This document shows positions 40,512 to 54,700 of a stretch of DNA of 64,000 nucleotides, piece after piece. The position numbers and the translations under genes are program-made. Each line of letters starts with the position of its first letter. Position 1 is the first letter of the stretch. Location of the stretch: contig NW_021836129.1 of NCBI RefSeq assembly GCF_006345805.1, forward strand, positions 310,001-374,000, given 5' to 3'. This DNA comes from Octopus sinensis (Eukaryota). The notes beneath the pieces are model-generated. The model was not told the DNA's origin. It saw only the letters and a list, made by a program, of their open reading frames with translations, and did no database searches.

Positions 40512-40580
40512 TGTGCCTTTGTGGATTCGAACCCAGGACCTCTGAGAACTGTCCTCGTTGTCCGAATGATTGACAGTGCC
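40512..40580 (-). pseudogene. tRNA-like Pol III relic (B box plus T-run), not a foldable tRNA
   Basis: GGTTCGAATCC followed by a T7 run, but the T-stem, anticodon stem and acceptor stem do not pair. Confidence 0.3.
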
Positions 40581-40713
40581 ATAAAATTGATACAACAGAT
40601 CTACATTTAAAGTAATATTTAACATTAAAAAATATTAGCAATAACTTTAATCATAAACTAATAAAGTAAAAGCTTGATTCTAAATGAATAATAAAGCAAT
40701 TAACAGTCAATAA

Positions 40714-42504
40714 ATGCACGCTATTGATGATGGGTCCACAGCGGATAAAATATTTTCATCAGTGTACAGCCTGTCCTACAAGTAGAGAACTAACCTAATG
40801 AGTAGTGACTTGATCATCCTCCCCGGCTACATCGACTTTGCGGCAGACCAAGTGGTATGTCTAAAGTGTCATTTCAGAACTTGAAAACCAATTTAACCAA
40901 AAAAATAGTCCTGAATTGCCCATTCGTATCATCCCCCATGGACACGGTGACAGAGTTCCGAATGGCAATCGCCATGGCGGTATTGACTGACCGACATTGG
41001 TAGTTGGAGGGGGGCATAGGCATAATCCACAACAACTGTCTCCCGAGGAACAAGCCAGTCATGTCCGACTAGTCAAATCCTCCAAACAGGGCTTCATTAT
41101 GAACCCAGTTGTCGTCTCCCCCAGCACTACTGTGGCAGAATACAAAATCCTGGTCAATAAACATGGCTTTTCTGGCTTCCCGGTGACACTAATGGACGGT
41201 TGTTGGGCCTGGTGACTCAACGGGACATTGACTTGTGCTGTGTGTCCGACCAGACGAGGATGGAAGTGGTTGCCCTCGACTTGTCACTGCAGGTGATGAC
41301 CCCCAGAGAGTCATTGGTCACTTCTAACGACGGGATCAACCTCCAAGACGCCTACAAGACTCTCCGAAATGTAAAGAAAGGAAAACTGCCAATCGTGGAC
41401 AAAGAGGACTGTCTGGTTGCACTGGTCACCAGAAAAGACATAATAAAAAACTGTGAATTCCCCAACTCAGTGGTGGACCAAAGGTAGTCTGAATATGACT
41501 AATAGAAATCAATTGATGTGTGGAGCCGCCGTGAGCACTCGTGAGTGTGACCGTGAAAGAGTGGGTCTGCTAGTGGAGGCACAAGTGGATGTAATTGTGG
41601 TGGTATGTGGGACTACTTGACCAATGAAGGACTCCTCCCAAGGCAACTCGGTCTTTCAATTAGAAATGGTCAAGTTCATTAAGCAGAACTACCCGCAAGT
41701 GGAGGTAATTGGAGGAAATGGTAAAACATTGTGGCAATAGAACAGTGGTGACTGCCTCCCAGGCCATCAACCTCATCAATGCAGGCGTGGATGGTCTGCG
41801 AGTAGGAATGGGGTCGGGATCTATTTGTATCACCCAGGAAGGTCAGTCACCCACTAATCCCCCAGTCATGGCTGTTGGTCGAGGACAGGCCAGTGCTGTG
41901 TACCACGTCAGTCAGTTGGCCAGACAATTCGGAGTGCCAGTCATTGCCGATGGGGGAGTCCAGTCCCCGGGACACATCGCCAAGGCAATTGCCCTGGGAG
42001 CCTCCACAGGTACCCATTCAGCCACATCCACTAGTCATGATGGGATCCATGTTTGCTGCCACCTCCGAATCCCCCGTGGAGTCCTCCCTCATCAACGACG
42101 TCAAAGTGAGGCCTTATCGCGGAATGGGGTCACTCGATGCCATGGAGTTGACCAAGGATGTCCAGGCTCGATATTTATGGTTGGGGTATTACTCATCGTA
42201 GCCACGGGTCCTCCATTCAAGTGGCTCAGGGGGTGTCCGGCACAGTCGTCGACAAGGGATCCGCCCATATCTTCCTCAAATATCTTTCACAGAGTTTAAA
42301 GCAGAGTCTTCAAGACATGGGAGGACTGTCCATTCCAGTTATACAGTTTGTGATGTCTTTATATTCCAAGTAATGCACTCGCCAGTGGGGATTTACTGTT
42401 TGAAGTGAGGACAATGTCTGCTCAATGTGAGGGCTCTGTCCACGGTCTCTACTCGTATGCTCCCCTCTCTAATCCCCTTTAGATTTGATAAGAAGTTGTA
42501 CTAG
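40714..42504 (+). CDS. IMPDH: Inosine-5'-monophosphate dehydrogenase with CBS subdomain
   Basis: SYN|[22 protein letters not shown]|[28 protein letters not shown] (catalytic Cys), IADGG, YRGMGS, VAQGVSG; at least 10 introns of 22-27 nt; apparent 1-nt errors. Confidence 0.95.
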
Positions 42505-42621
42505 TTGGTCAACTAACGCACTAATAGTCATTAAATGAATAAATTAAGATTATTTATTAGTTAATTTATATATGGTTAAATATAGCATATTTAATAAAAT
42601 AAATAATTGTCTGTGGGCTTG

Positions 42622-45600
42622 ATGGGTGTTGCATTCATCAGGTCATTCCTCGATGATGGAGATATACAAAAATATGGTGTGATTCCCTTATTCCCAATCG
42701 TAGAGTCACTGCCTTATATACTAAGAGTAGTACTGGAGTCGTGCTGTCGAAACTACGATTCAAAACAGATTAAAAGAAATGAAATATTAAAAATAATAAA
42801 TTGGAAGCAAACTCTCCAGTCTTGTCCTACCATTTTGTTTAAGCCTGCCCGAGTAATGCTGAAGGGCTTCACGTAATGAATTATCTAATGAGTGTAGAGC
42901 CATTCCTATAGTGTGTGACATGGCCACTATTCGTGAGTCACTCCACACTCCACTTGTCACACATGTTAAACCACAATGCCAATTAGACATGTTTATTGAC
43001 CATTCAATCCAATCAGAAGTGTATTAATTAATATAATTAAGTAGTGGAGGGAGCCACCTCAAACTGTTTGGAGAGACGTGTCCATTCCACAAGAAGGAAT
43101 GCTTATTGTTTGAGAGTATTTATAACCCCAGGTCAAACCATGCCAGCCAAGAGAACGAATTCAGAAAGCACTACGAGCAATATAGAATTCTCAAAGTAAT
43201 CAATTAGTTAATTAATATTGCTCTTTGTGGGTCATTGATTAGTGGGCGGGTGAGACGTTTGATGACATTGCTGTGGTCCCTCCTGGTCTGGGAGTGCCCC
43301 ACCACTTTAATGTCGAGTTAATGGCCCGTTTTATAATGGAGAAGGACAGCCAGGTGTACCCCGACAGTGTGATTGGGACTGATAGTAACATCTCCATTCT
43401 CAATGGACTGGGAATACTGAGTATTGGTTGGTGGTAGTCTCACTAACTCAGCCACTTGCTCTGCCCAGTCGGAGTGTGCTATATTAGGGCTGGCAATCCA
43501 CATGAGTCTCCTCCAAGTGGTGGGTTGTCGTGTTTACGGACGACTCAGCCCCCACGTCACCTCCACTGACATTGTGTTGGGAATAATTCGAGTCATTAAT
43601 CACTCATTCATTCACAGGCTCTCAAAGATGAACTCAAATCGGACAATTTTGTCGAGTTCTTTGGTCCTGGGGTTTGTCTTCTCTCTGTTAATGAACGAAT
43701 GACTATTGCCAACATGAGCAATGAATTTGCCGCCATTGCTGCCTTTTTCCCGCCAGATGACATACTAATTAAACACGTGGAATCAATTAGTTAATTATTT
43801 ATTTAATTTGCAGAGGGAGGTCATGTGGGTAATAAAATAAAGCAGTACTTCCAATCAGCAGGGTTATTTAGAAGTGAGTGTTGTGGAGATGAAAGATTGG
43901 AATATTCTAAGGTAATTTTAATATACATATGTAGATTATAAATATTAATCTTGGTTTAATTGAACCAATTTGTACTTTCAGAGGGGAGAGGTGTCTTGTC
44001 CCTGAACTGCCCTCATTTATTAAGCAGAAAATAACGAGTACAGACATATCATCTGCCTCCATAATCCACTACACCAATCATACTGTTTCTTCGGTCATCC
44101 TGGCTGCTGGTTTTGTCCTATAAATAATTTGTATAGGGATTATGGCCAGAAATGCAGTCGAAGCTGGTCTTGCTGTAAAACCCAATGTGAAGTGCAGTCT
44201 CCTACCAGGGAACTCAATGAGTGTGTCCTACTTACTTCTGAGTGGCACATATCACTACCTTTGCTCTCTCGGGTTTGTTTATGGTGATATATGCAGGTTT
44301 GTGCTGGTGGGGTACGGATGTAGTGATTGTGTGAGTAATTATGAGTCACTCAACTCGACTGATAATGTGTGGTAGTTTCTAGAACATTCTAGAAGGGTCT
44401 GCTAACATTGGCGGTCACATCAAAGAGTTGTGAGTATTTGAAGCATCAGGATATTTTGCTGGTGTCTCCTTTGTTTGTGGTTGCATATGCTCTCGTGGGG
44501 GATGTCTCGTTTGACTTTTCCTCACAGTCAATTGGTTAGTGTTTAGTATTATGCAAGGTCGACATTGGAAGAGTGGTAGACAATTATTTCTATCAGATAT
44601 ATGGCCTACCAGACAACAGATACAAGTTAATTAATTAGTGTTGATTGCCAATTAGACGAGTATTATTAATGATATCAACCCCACTCTATATCAACAGACT
44701 AAAAAGAAGATACAAGTAATCTCATTGCTGATTGGTAGACTGGCTCAGTCGAGTGGAATAAAATAGACTCAGTGGGACATGCCCTCTTCCAGTGGAATCC
44801 CAGCTCCCCCTCAGTCCTTCCATCCTATATTGTGCTTATATATAATCCTCACTATTAGGACTACACCAGTAATAATAGAATTAAGTCATTATTCAATTCT
44901 CGGGCAATATTGATTGTTGGTGATGATGTCACGTCTGGTTATATTGCACCTGCTGGGAGTATTCCGAGGAATAGTCCTGTCTCACACTTTTTACTTTCTA
45001 CTGGGTTGGGTTATTGTTGTGTATTCAGGCTTGTCCCCCGTGATTTTGGGTCGTATGGGTCACATCGAGGGTCCCACCAAGTTATGGTGAGAGGGATGTT
45101 CTGCAATCCAAAGCTGGAGAGATTATTGAAAGGGAAATGCCAGTTTATTAGCACTGCGGACTACTGTGGGTGTCAAGTAGTGCACTACCCCTCCCTCGAG
45201 TGCCTTCCACTCTGGTCTGCCTGTGCCCGGTATAGCCAGGAGGGAGTGCCACTCATACTCATTGCTGGGCATAATTTCGGGAGTGGCCCACCGAGGGATT
45301 GGACAGCCAGAGGACTAGGAGTGATGGTATAGAGTGAGTACAAGTGTAGGGGATTAAATGTGTCATTGCTGTTCCATGTCCGAATGGGTGAGGTTTGATT
45401 TGATTAGTACTGGGATTGTGCCCCTGTGCTTTGCTGCAGGAACCACATCTGACACTCTGGGGTTGGTTGGGAATGAGTTGTATGAGATTGACTTTCCCTT
45501 TGTGGTTGAGCCTAATTGTATGGTTCGATTGAAAGTAATGGGTGGCCTATTCATTTTAGGTGGACTGTGAAATGGAGTGTTATGTCACACTTGAATGCAG

Positions 45601-45676
45601 AACTGATTTTGAAATAGCAATGTTGAACAATGGAGGGGCATTTCAATATTGCTATCGACAAATTTGTTCTCGATAA
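42622..45676 (+). CDS. ACO1: Cytosolic aconitase/iron regulatory protein homologue, strongly diverged
   Basis: [81 protein letters not shown] and [10 protein letters not shown] colinear with ACO1/IRP1. Confidence 0.9.
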
Positions 45677-45707
45677 TCATCAATATATTATTTACTAATA
45701 TGGGCGT

Positions 45708-47907
45708 TTAAATTTTTATTTTAAAGAATTTGAGTTTAAATCCCAACATTTCATTAAGGAGAGCAGTGAGAGTGGAGAATATGAGGACGTGGAGGACACT
45801 AAAGAGAATGGGATTGCCAAACACTGCAGATATTTTGAAGGACTTTTCCACATTCTACCTCATAATGCCTCCACTACTTTAATAATCTGGAATGCAATGT
45901 CAAGAGCTTAACTGTGAGCAAATACATTTCCTTCTTGTTAGGTTTCTGTTCGATGGATTGGTAGAGGTTGAACTGTCATGTTATATCAACTGAGGACCTT
46001 TTCCGTTAACAGAGCACTCCCATTCTTGGCAGAGTTGTTGTAGTGTGTCTGGTCAGTGATGAACCTCAGCAAATATATGCCCAGGACGAATATCCAACAA
46101 CACACTTCCCAGCTATATTTCGAGTAGAAAAAGTCATCTTTCAGTCGGTAGATCTACACCTGATTACATATTACATACTTGTAGTCCTAATGCACAAAAA
46201 AGTCCCAAAAACGTGTAGAATGAAAAACTTATGATTATCTGGATTGATCTCACCGGTCCACACTTCTACACACTCCCACTCCACACACAACCTTCACATA
46301 CGACCTCAGGGACAGCCACAACTTGACTTTCCTTAGAGAGTTCAGTCGGAAGTAGGGCACTCCGTTCTTCTGAGATCTCCTTAGGGATGTGACCATATCA
46401 AAGTATTTGTAGTATTTCAGTCTCTGCTAATATATGGAGACAGGAGACCTTTCTGCCTGATCTCTCAGCAATTGTCAGCAGGAAGGTAACACAGAGACTC
46501 AGCAAAAACTTTTGTAGCACAAAATATAGCAAACACAACTTATCCCTACGAGTAAAATAAAGATATCACATCAAAGTGACATGAAAGGAGCCGACAGACT
46601 CGCCGATGACTGAGTAGATTGGGCACATTGTGGCCAGGATAAGAGAGGAGATCAAAGCAATGAAAAAGTAGGTCATGTCCTCGGGACTACTGTTGGCCCT
46701 GAGGACGATGATACTCCCAATCTCATTGGCAGTCAAATATTCCTTAGTACTAATACCATTCTCCTTGATGATACATCCGACTATAATAACACACAACTAT
46801 CACCTCTCTCTAATACGGGCTATAAATAGATTAGTTATACTACTCAACCAAGTCTTCCTTCTTTGGAGGAGGAGTTCTGTCTTCCTGGACTGACTCCTCT
46901 GAGGGACTTCCTGACTCGGATTCCCCTGTTTCTATCTCCGAGACCATCAATTCGTTGGTTAAGGTCCCTGATTTGGTCTAATGATACAAGTCAACTTAGT
47001 TTCTCACTTTTTTGGGGACAGAAAGGGAATTCCTTGCATGGATATCAGGAGTTAGATTATCCCTGACCTTGGGGGATTCAAGCTCATCGTCAGTTAGCCT
47101 AAAAAACTCATAAAATTAAAACTCGAATGAATTTTTATCAAACATTCTTAAAAATGACTGATTTCTATTTTTAGTTCGATTTGGAGTTATTCGAGTACTG
47201 CCAGTTGGTTTGGTCTCTTCTGAATTCCTGGGCTTGTCTTTCTTCAATGCCCTGCAACGTTGAGTACCACCAGTCACTTTTGGTCAAAGATCTGCGAGAG
47301 AATTGTCGAGAAAATAGTAAAAATTGAGAAAAGTAGAATAATTGTTTCAAATTTCCAATTCTGAGTTCATAAAAATGCCAACCTCAATAAATTCGTCCTC
47401 CTGGAAAGTAGTTGTGAAGACTATGAGCCAGTTGATGACATAAAAAATGAGGACTACAATGAAGGGACACAGTCCTATCTGAGTAATCCACCATTTGTGG
47501 TTGAGGAATGGAAGGAAGGACTTGGAGATGCCTTGTCTGAAGGACCCGACCAAAGACACTCTCGTTTTCATTTTACTGAGAGTCGAGCCTGCCTTCAATG
47601 GGGAACCAAACCTGTGATCAAGTCAATGTCTATCATCTGTCTCTGAATTGAATTCTTAATAATATCATCGACTATTCTCTTTGAGTTTAAATTGTTTATT
47701 TTCTAAGTATAACAAGTAATGATACTACATCGTTAATTCTCTTCTCTACAGTGTGTTCCCACAGTTGTTTGTCGTAGCCTTTAAGCTAAGTATTATTAGA
47801 ATGTGGGAATAAGTATAAGTGCACTCAATCATTACTTCTTTGTCGAACCATTCCTGAGTCTTCTGGACGAATGAGGAGTACAACTTCTTTAGTTCATCAA
47901 TTGGCAT
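45708..47907 (-). CDS. PHTF: Putative homeodomain transcription factor (PHTF) family membrane protein
   Basis: GYDKQLWE, IDIDLITGST, AERSGRK|RLKYYKYF, VPYFRL..VKLWLSLRSYVK|KCGPVRS, LLTEK|FNLY...KPNKKE, LGFKLKFFKIKI*. Confidence 0.88.
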
Positions 47908-50900
47908 ATTGAAGAATGACTACGTCAGCGAACATGCATTATTTAACCTATTAATCTGCCGTATACTGTCGTAGTATTACATGGTTTTTAATTTTGTTTT
48001 TTATTTAAATATCTACTCATTTTGAGGCTATGTAGTCAATTATATATGTTCACAGATATCAGCATTGGTTGATTCTAATCGTGAGAAATTGAATTAGTTT
48101 ATAGGGATATTCGGGAATATTTATTTTCTTAGTTCTTTCATTGGGTTAGGTAGAACAGTTATATTACCAAAAGTGTGATTTTTATTACGTCATGTATTGA
48201 TGGATGTTTTTTAAATTCAATTGGGCATTTAAATGTAATGATCAATTTAGATTAATTTTTTATCTGTGTAATCTATTAAAATCGTTAATTGATCAACTAA
48301 TGAGATTCTTTTATAGTCTGGATTAACCACAACACTGAGTTGAAGCCACTTGTCGGTTTTTGAATATTGTACTTAAAATTAAATCAAAGTAATTCTAATT
48401 ATTAAATCGATTAGAAAAATCGGCCACGAATACCACAAATTCGTGCTTACTGATACAACAGCGAGGACTATTTAAACAGAACATCTCCTAGAACGATAAT
48501 CCTTTGACTCCTTCCTTTCAAGGATGGTAAGGATCACCTGATTAATTTAAATTGCTGTTTCTGGGTAATTAATAATTCTCAGTTTATGCCACTGCGTTCA
48601 ATAAAATCTATATTTGTCGAGGTATTTGGCTTACTTTTGTGAAAATTAGTTAGTAATGCTTGCCTATCAGATTTTGAGTCGGGCGATCGCTAGAATTGCG
48701 AAAAATTGTCTGATAGGAGGGTTCTGCTATGGAATGAAAATGAAGACTCTCTGTAATGCCAATATATTGCTTAGATATGATAATGTTTTAATTGTATTTG
48801 CAAAAAGACCTGATTGTCAGGTTGAGGTTAAAGGAGCTATGTGGGTATATCGAGAGTTGTCCTTGCTTCCAAAGACTATTGGTCATGAAAATGAGATAAA
48901 ACACTACTCCCTGCAATTGCATTTATTCCAGCTATCTTAATTGAATACTTATTTTACATTTGTATTTTCATCGTAAGCTCATTAATGGCTATTCTCAGTA
49001 GATTATGAACTCAATAGGACTAAGATTATGATGAACACATTACTGGACTCACTAATGGCTAAAGTCTATTGCATGGCTTTGATAAATCTTTCTAGATATG
49101 ATTAAAAAGGTCTCCAGGACCTAATAACTTCCCATTAAAAAATTTACCTCAATTTACAACTGCTTCTGCAAGAAAATTTGACGTGACCTATTTTATCCCA
49201 AATAATGAAATATCATTATGATTTGATACCAATAAGATGTATTTCCAATATATTCATATACATAACTTAGCGATAATCGGTTAGGATCCTTAAATAAGAT
49301 TCTGATCTTTATTTGATTATTCTACTTGGATGATTTTTAGACCCCCTTAAGTGAGGAGGTCCAGTTAAGGCGGTAATCATTTCATGAAAATTGATCGATG
49401 TTTGGTTTAGTTTGGTATGACTTTCAAGCACAACTCGAGAACTGAAAATATATGGTCTCACAATGAAATACAGTAATATGACTTATAATTAATTATTGCC
49501 AATAAGATGATTTATGAAAACATGTCTATTAGCAAGAGCTGTTGTTTTGTAAATTATCCTACATCAAACAAGATTAAATCGCTAACTTTTGTTAATTGTT
49601 TGGTTAACTTTTTTATATTTTTATCTGGAGAAATGAAAACAATCATATCGACAAACAATCTGCTAAGAGTTTGGAAACACTTTTTTTGCACTAAAATAAA
49701 GATGAATAGATCTATGTTACATAATGTTGTAATGAAACAGGAGCATTTATTAAGTTTTGAACTAGTTCTACTTGTCTTTATACAATAGTGGAAAAACTTG
49801 ATTTTTGTTAATTTTGGATCATATGGTTAAAAACCAAATCAAGTTGAAATAAAATACCATCACTACACTGAAAAGTCAAAATCAGGCAAGATGACCATCG
49901 ACTATTCGTCAGTCTTTTTAAAACTACTCAAAATCTTCCAAGAATGCAAACACAAACCACGTGAAAAGAAATCCAAGCATTAGCGACCTTTTCACACTTT
50001 GAAGTTTAATTCCTATAAATTCCGCAAATATGCTAAGTGCAAACAACGAAAGAATGAGATCAATAGTTAATCAACCCCCTAATACTGAACCAATAACTCA
50101 TTAAAATGGCCCCCTAGGCCAGATGCCTGGGTCGGTGGTTTGGGAAATCCCCAGGTCAACCAGTTTGTTTAATAGTTCATAGATCAAAGGGCAGTTATCA
50201 ATTTCAAGCTAGTGAGAAGATTCAAAGTTTTTAGAATTTGGAGTCCATTTTCGTGTAATCTGAAAATTATGTCAGATAACCATGAACTCAAAGAAGATCT
50301 TAGAACAAGCAATGAAGTTAAAATAGAGTTTCACAACTGAACATTGGAGTAGTATGAGTTAAATTTGACACCTTTTTAGTGAGGAAAGAAAAAATGTGAA
50401 TATTGTTAATATCAATCAAGTTGCTGTTCATTGAAATGTGCGATGAGACACCTTATTTAGCATTGAAAATTGACTTGATGTCTCCTTGGTAAGTTCGTTT
50501 GGGTCTTTCGTTGTTTCTGTGTTGAATTGTTTGTTGGATGCAGAAAAAATGATATGGGAGCCGAAAATTTGAATTTTTATTTCTTAATAATAATTTTTTC
50601 AAAAGTGGAGCTAACTCGATGAAGAGGAGACATGATGAGGTGACAGAAAACGAATACTCTGAGGAAGAGGAAAATAATAGCAAGAGGATCACAAAAGGTG
50701 ACCCTGTTCAGGAAGGCCCAGGAACAGTAAATTGAAAATTTTAATTAATCTAACTTTTAATTCCTTGTTTTAATAATATAATTTTATTAGTTAAAAAATT
50801 GACCAATTTGATTTACGGAAACCCGATTGCGAAAAACTAAAGAAGGAATCCTCTCGATATCTTTTTTTTTGATTTTTTAAAGCCATATGAGCACAAGGTG

Positions 50901-51793
50901 GCACAATGTTCGTCAGTGAGATTCTTCTTCATTATCATTTCGTTAGCAGTTAGGACTTGCTCAAGCTGTAGGTTAAATTTGGCGATTTTCCCTTTCATTG
51001 ATTCTTCTCAGTTACTATTTGGCCTTGTCTTGTTGGTAAGGCTTTCAAATGTGCACTGTTCTGCATTGATAATATCATTAATATCGTTGATATTCAGATT
51101 TGGCAGGGACCAATATATTGTTTGATTGATGCGTTGATTCCATTTAAAATGTCCTTTTTCAACAGTTGTCTTGGAATTCTCCTGGTTGGGACTGGAGGTT
51201 CCTTCCGGTTGTACGTATTCGCCCAATTTGGGAACAAAATTTTTCAAAACATTTTCCAAAAATGGAGATTTCAGCCTTCTGGGACTTTTCAGGTAACAGG
51301 CCACATACTAGGCTTCCAGCACCTCTAGTTGAAAGAAAGAATAAAAACCCTTAGGTTGGTATAACAGTTATATTCCCAAAAGTGTGATTTTTCATTACGT
51401 CATGTATTAATGGATATTTTTAAATTCACCTGGGAATCCACGTTGATTCATTTGGTTTAATGCATACCCTTTTAGAACAATAGTACTTTTCCTATTTCCT
51501 TTCCGCAATTAAAAGAAATTAACTGTTCATATTTGGCTGTATAAATATTTAACCAAAAAAGAAAAACTAAAAATCCATTTATTGATTTAAACACAAGAAA
51601 AAAATATGAGCAAAGTTTATTTCTATGAAGGTCATCAAATCAGTTTCACGCTAATTATGAACATTGTAAATATTGCCATAAATAGAGAAAAACCAATTAT
51701 AAAAGTGGAAATTAGAAATTAGTCTCTACATTAATATATTTACTCGAGGAGGATTTATTTTGTCAGTTCATATGTGAAGGGAAATATGAAGGA

Positions 51794-54700
51794 ATGTTCA
51801 GCCCATGGATAAACAAATCATACCCTCGGGAGGACACACATTTACAAAAGGAGACCATGAATTCATTAATTATAAAACAGCCGGAATAAAAAAAATTTCA
51901 TTTTCATGATGTTCAGCCCATGGATAAACAAATCATACCCTCGGGAGGACACACATTTACAAAAGGAGCCCATGAATTCATTAATTATAAAACAGCCGGA
52001 ATAAAAAAAATTTTCATTTTCATGATGTTCAGCCCATGGATAAACAAATCATACCCTCGGGAGGACACACATTTACAAAAGGAGCCCATGAATTCATTAA
52101 TTATAAAACAGCCGGAATAAAAAAGATTTTCATTTTCATGATGTTCAGCCCAAGATAAACAAATCATACCCTCGGGAGGACACACATTTACAAAAGGAGC
52201 CCATGAATTCATTAATTATAAACAGCCGGAATAAAAAAAAATTTTCATTTTCATGATGTTCAGCCCATGGATAAACAAATCATACCCTCGGGAGGACACA
52301 CATTTACAAAAGCAGCCCATGAATTCATTAATTATAAAACAGCCGGAATAAAAAAAAATTTTCATTTTCATGATGTTCAGCCCATGGATAATCAAATCAT
52401 ACCCTCGGGAGGACACACATTTACAAAAGGAGACCATGAATTCATTAATTATAAAACAGCCGGAATAAAAAAAATTTTCATTTTCATGATGTTCAGCCCA
52501 TGGATAAACAAATCATACCCTCGGGAGGACACACATTTACAAAAGGAGCCCATGAATTCATTAATTATAAAACAGCCGGAATAAAAAAAATTTTCATTTT
52601 CATGATGTTCAGCCCATGGATAAACAAATCATACCCTCGGGAGGACACACATTTACAAAAGGAGCCCATGAATTCATTAATTATAAAACAGCCGGAATAA
52701 AAAAAAATTTCATTTTCATGATGTTCAGCCCATGGATAAACAAATCATACCCTCGGGAGGACACACATTTACAAAAGGAGCCCATGAATTCATTAATTAT
52801 AAAACAGCCGGAATAAAAAAAAATTTTCATTTTCATGATGTTCAGCCCATGGATAAACAAATCATACCCTCGGGAGGACACACATTTACAAAAGGAGCCC
52901 ATGAATTCATTAATTATAAAACAGCCGGAATAAAAAAATTTTCATTTTCATGATGTTCAGCCCATGGATAAACAAATCATACCCTCGGGAGGACACACAT
53001 TTACAAAAGGAGCCCATGAATTCATTAATTATAAAACAGCCGGAATAAAAAAAAAATTTCATTTTCATGATGTTCAGCCCATGGATAAACAAATCATACC
53101 CTCGGGAGGACACACATTTACAAAAGGAGCCCATGAATTCATTAATTATAAAACAGCCGGAATAAAAAAGATTTTCATTTTCATGATGTTCAGCCCAAGA
53201 TAAACAAATCATACCCTCGGGAGGACACACATTTACAAAAGGAGCCCATGAATTCATTAATTATAAAACAGCCGGAATAAAAAAAAATTTTCATTTTCAT
53301 GATGTTCAGCCCATGGATAAACAAATCATACCCTCGGGAGGACACACATTTACAAAAGCAGCCCATGAATTCATTAATTATAAAACAGCCGGAATAAAAA
53401 AAAATTTTCATTTTCATGATGTTCAGCCCATGGATAATCAAATCATACCCTCGGGAGGACACACATTTACAAAAGGAGACCATGAATTCATTAATTATAA
53501 AACAGCCGGAATAAAAAAATTTTCATTTTCATGATGTTCAGCCCATGGATAAACAAATCATACCCTCGGGAGGACACACATTTACAAAAGGAGCCCATGA
53601 ATTCATTAATTATAAAACAGCCGGAATAAAAAAAATTTTCATTTTCATGATGTTCAGCCCATGGATAAACAAATCATACCCTCGGGAGGACACACATTTA
53701 CAAAAGGAGCCCATGAATTCATTAATTATAAAACAGCCGGAATAAAAAAAATTTCATTTTCATGATGTTCAGCCCATGGATAAACAAATCATACCCTCGG
53801 GAGGACACACATTTACAAAAGGAGCCCATGAATTCATTAATTATAAAACAGCCGGAATAAAAAAAAATTTTCATTTTCATGATGTTCAGCCCATGGATAA
53901 ACAAATCATACCCTCGGGAGGACACACATTTACAAAAGGAGCCCATGAATTCATTAATTATAAAACAGCCGGAATAAAAAAAATTTTCATTTTCATGATG
54001 TTCAGCCCAAGATAAACAAATCATACCCTCGGGAGGACACACATTTACAAAAGGAGACCATGAATTCATTAATTATAAAACAGCCGGAATAAAAAAAATT
54101 TTCATTTTCATGATGTTCAGCCCATGGATAAACAAATCATACCCTCGGGAGGACACACATTTACAAAAGGAGCCCATGAATTCATTAATTATAAAACAGC
54201 CGGAATAAAAAAAATTTTCATTTTCATGATGTTCAGCCCATGGATAAACAAATCATACCCTCGGGAGGACACACATTTACAAAAGGAACCCATGAATTCA
54301 TTAATTATAAAACAGCCGGAATAAAAAAAAATTTTCATTTTCATGATGTTCAGCCCATGGATAAACAAATCATACCCTCGGGAGGACACACATTTACAAA
54401 AGGAGCCCATGAATTCATTAATTATAAAACAGCCGGAATAAAAAAGATTTTCATTTTCATGATGTTCAGCCCATGGATAAACAAATCATACCCTCGGGAG
54501 GACACACATTTACAAAAGGAGCCCATGAATTCATTAATTATAAAACAGCCGGAATAAAAAAAATTTTCATTTTCATGATGTTCAGCCCATGGATAAACAA
54601 ATCATACCCTCGGGAGGACACACATTTACAAAAGCAGCCCATGAATTCATTAATTATAAAACAGCCGGAATAAAAAAAAATTTTCATTTTCATGATGTTC

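Noticed and set aside
40512-40580. Functional tRNA gene
   Set aside because: Only the B box and T-run are present; acceptor, anticodon and T stems fail to pair.
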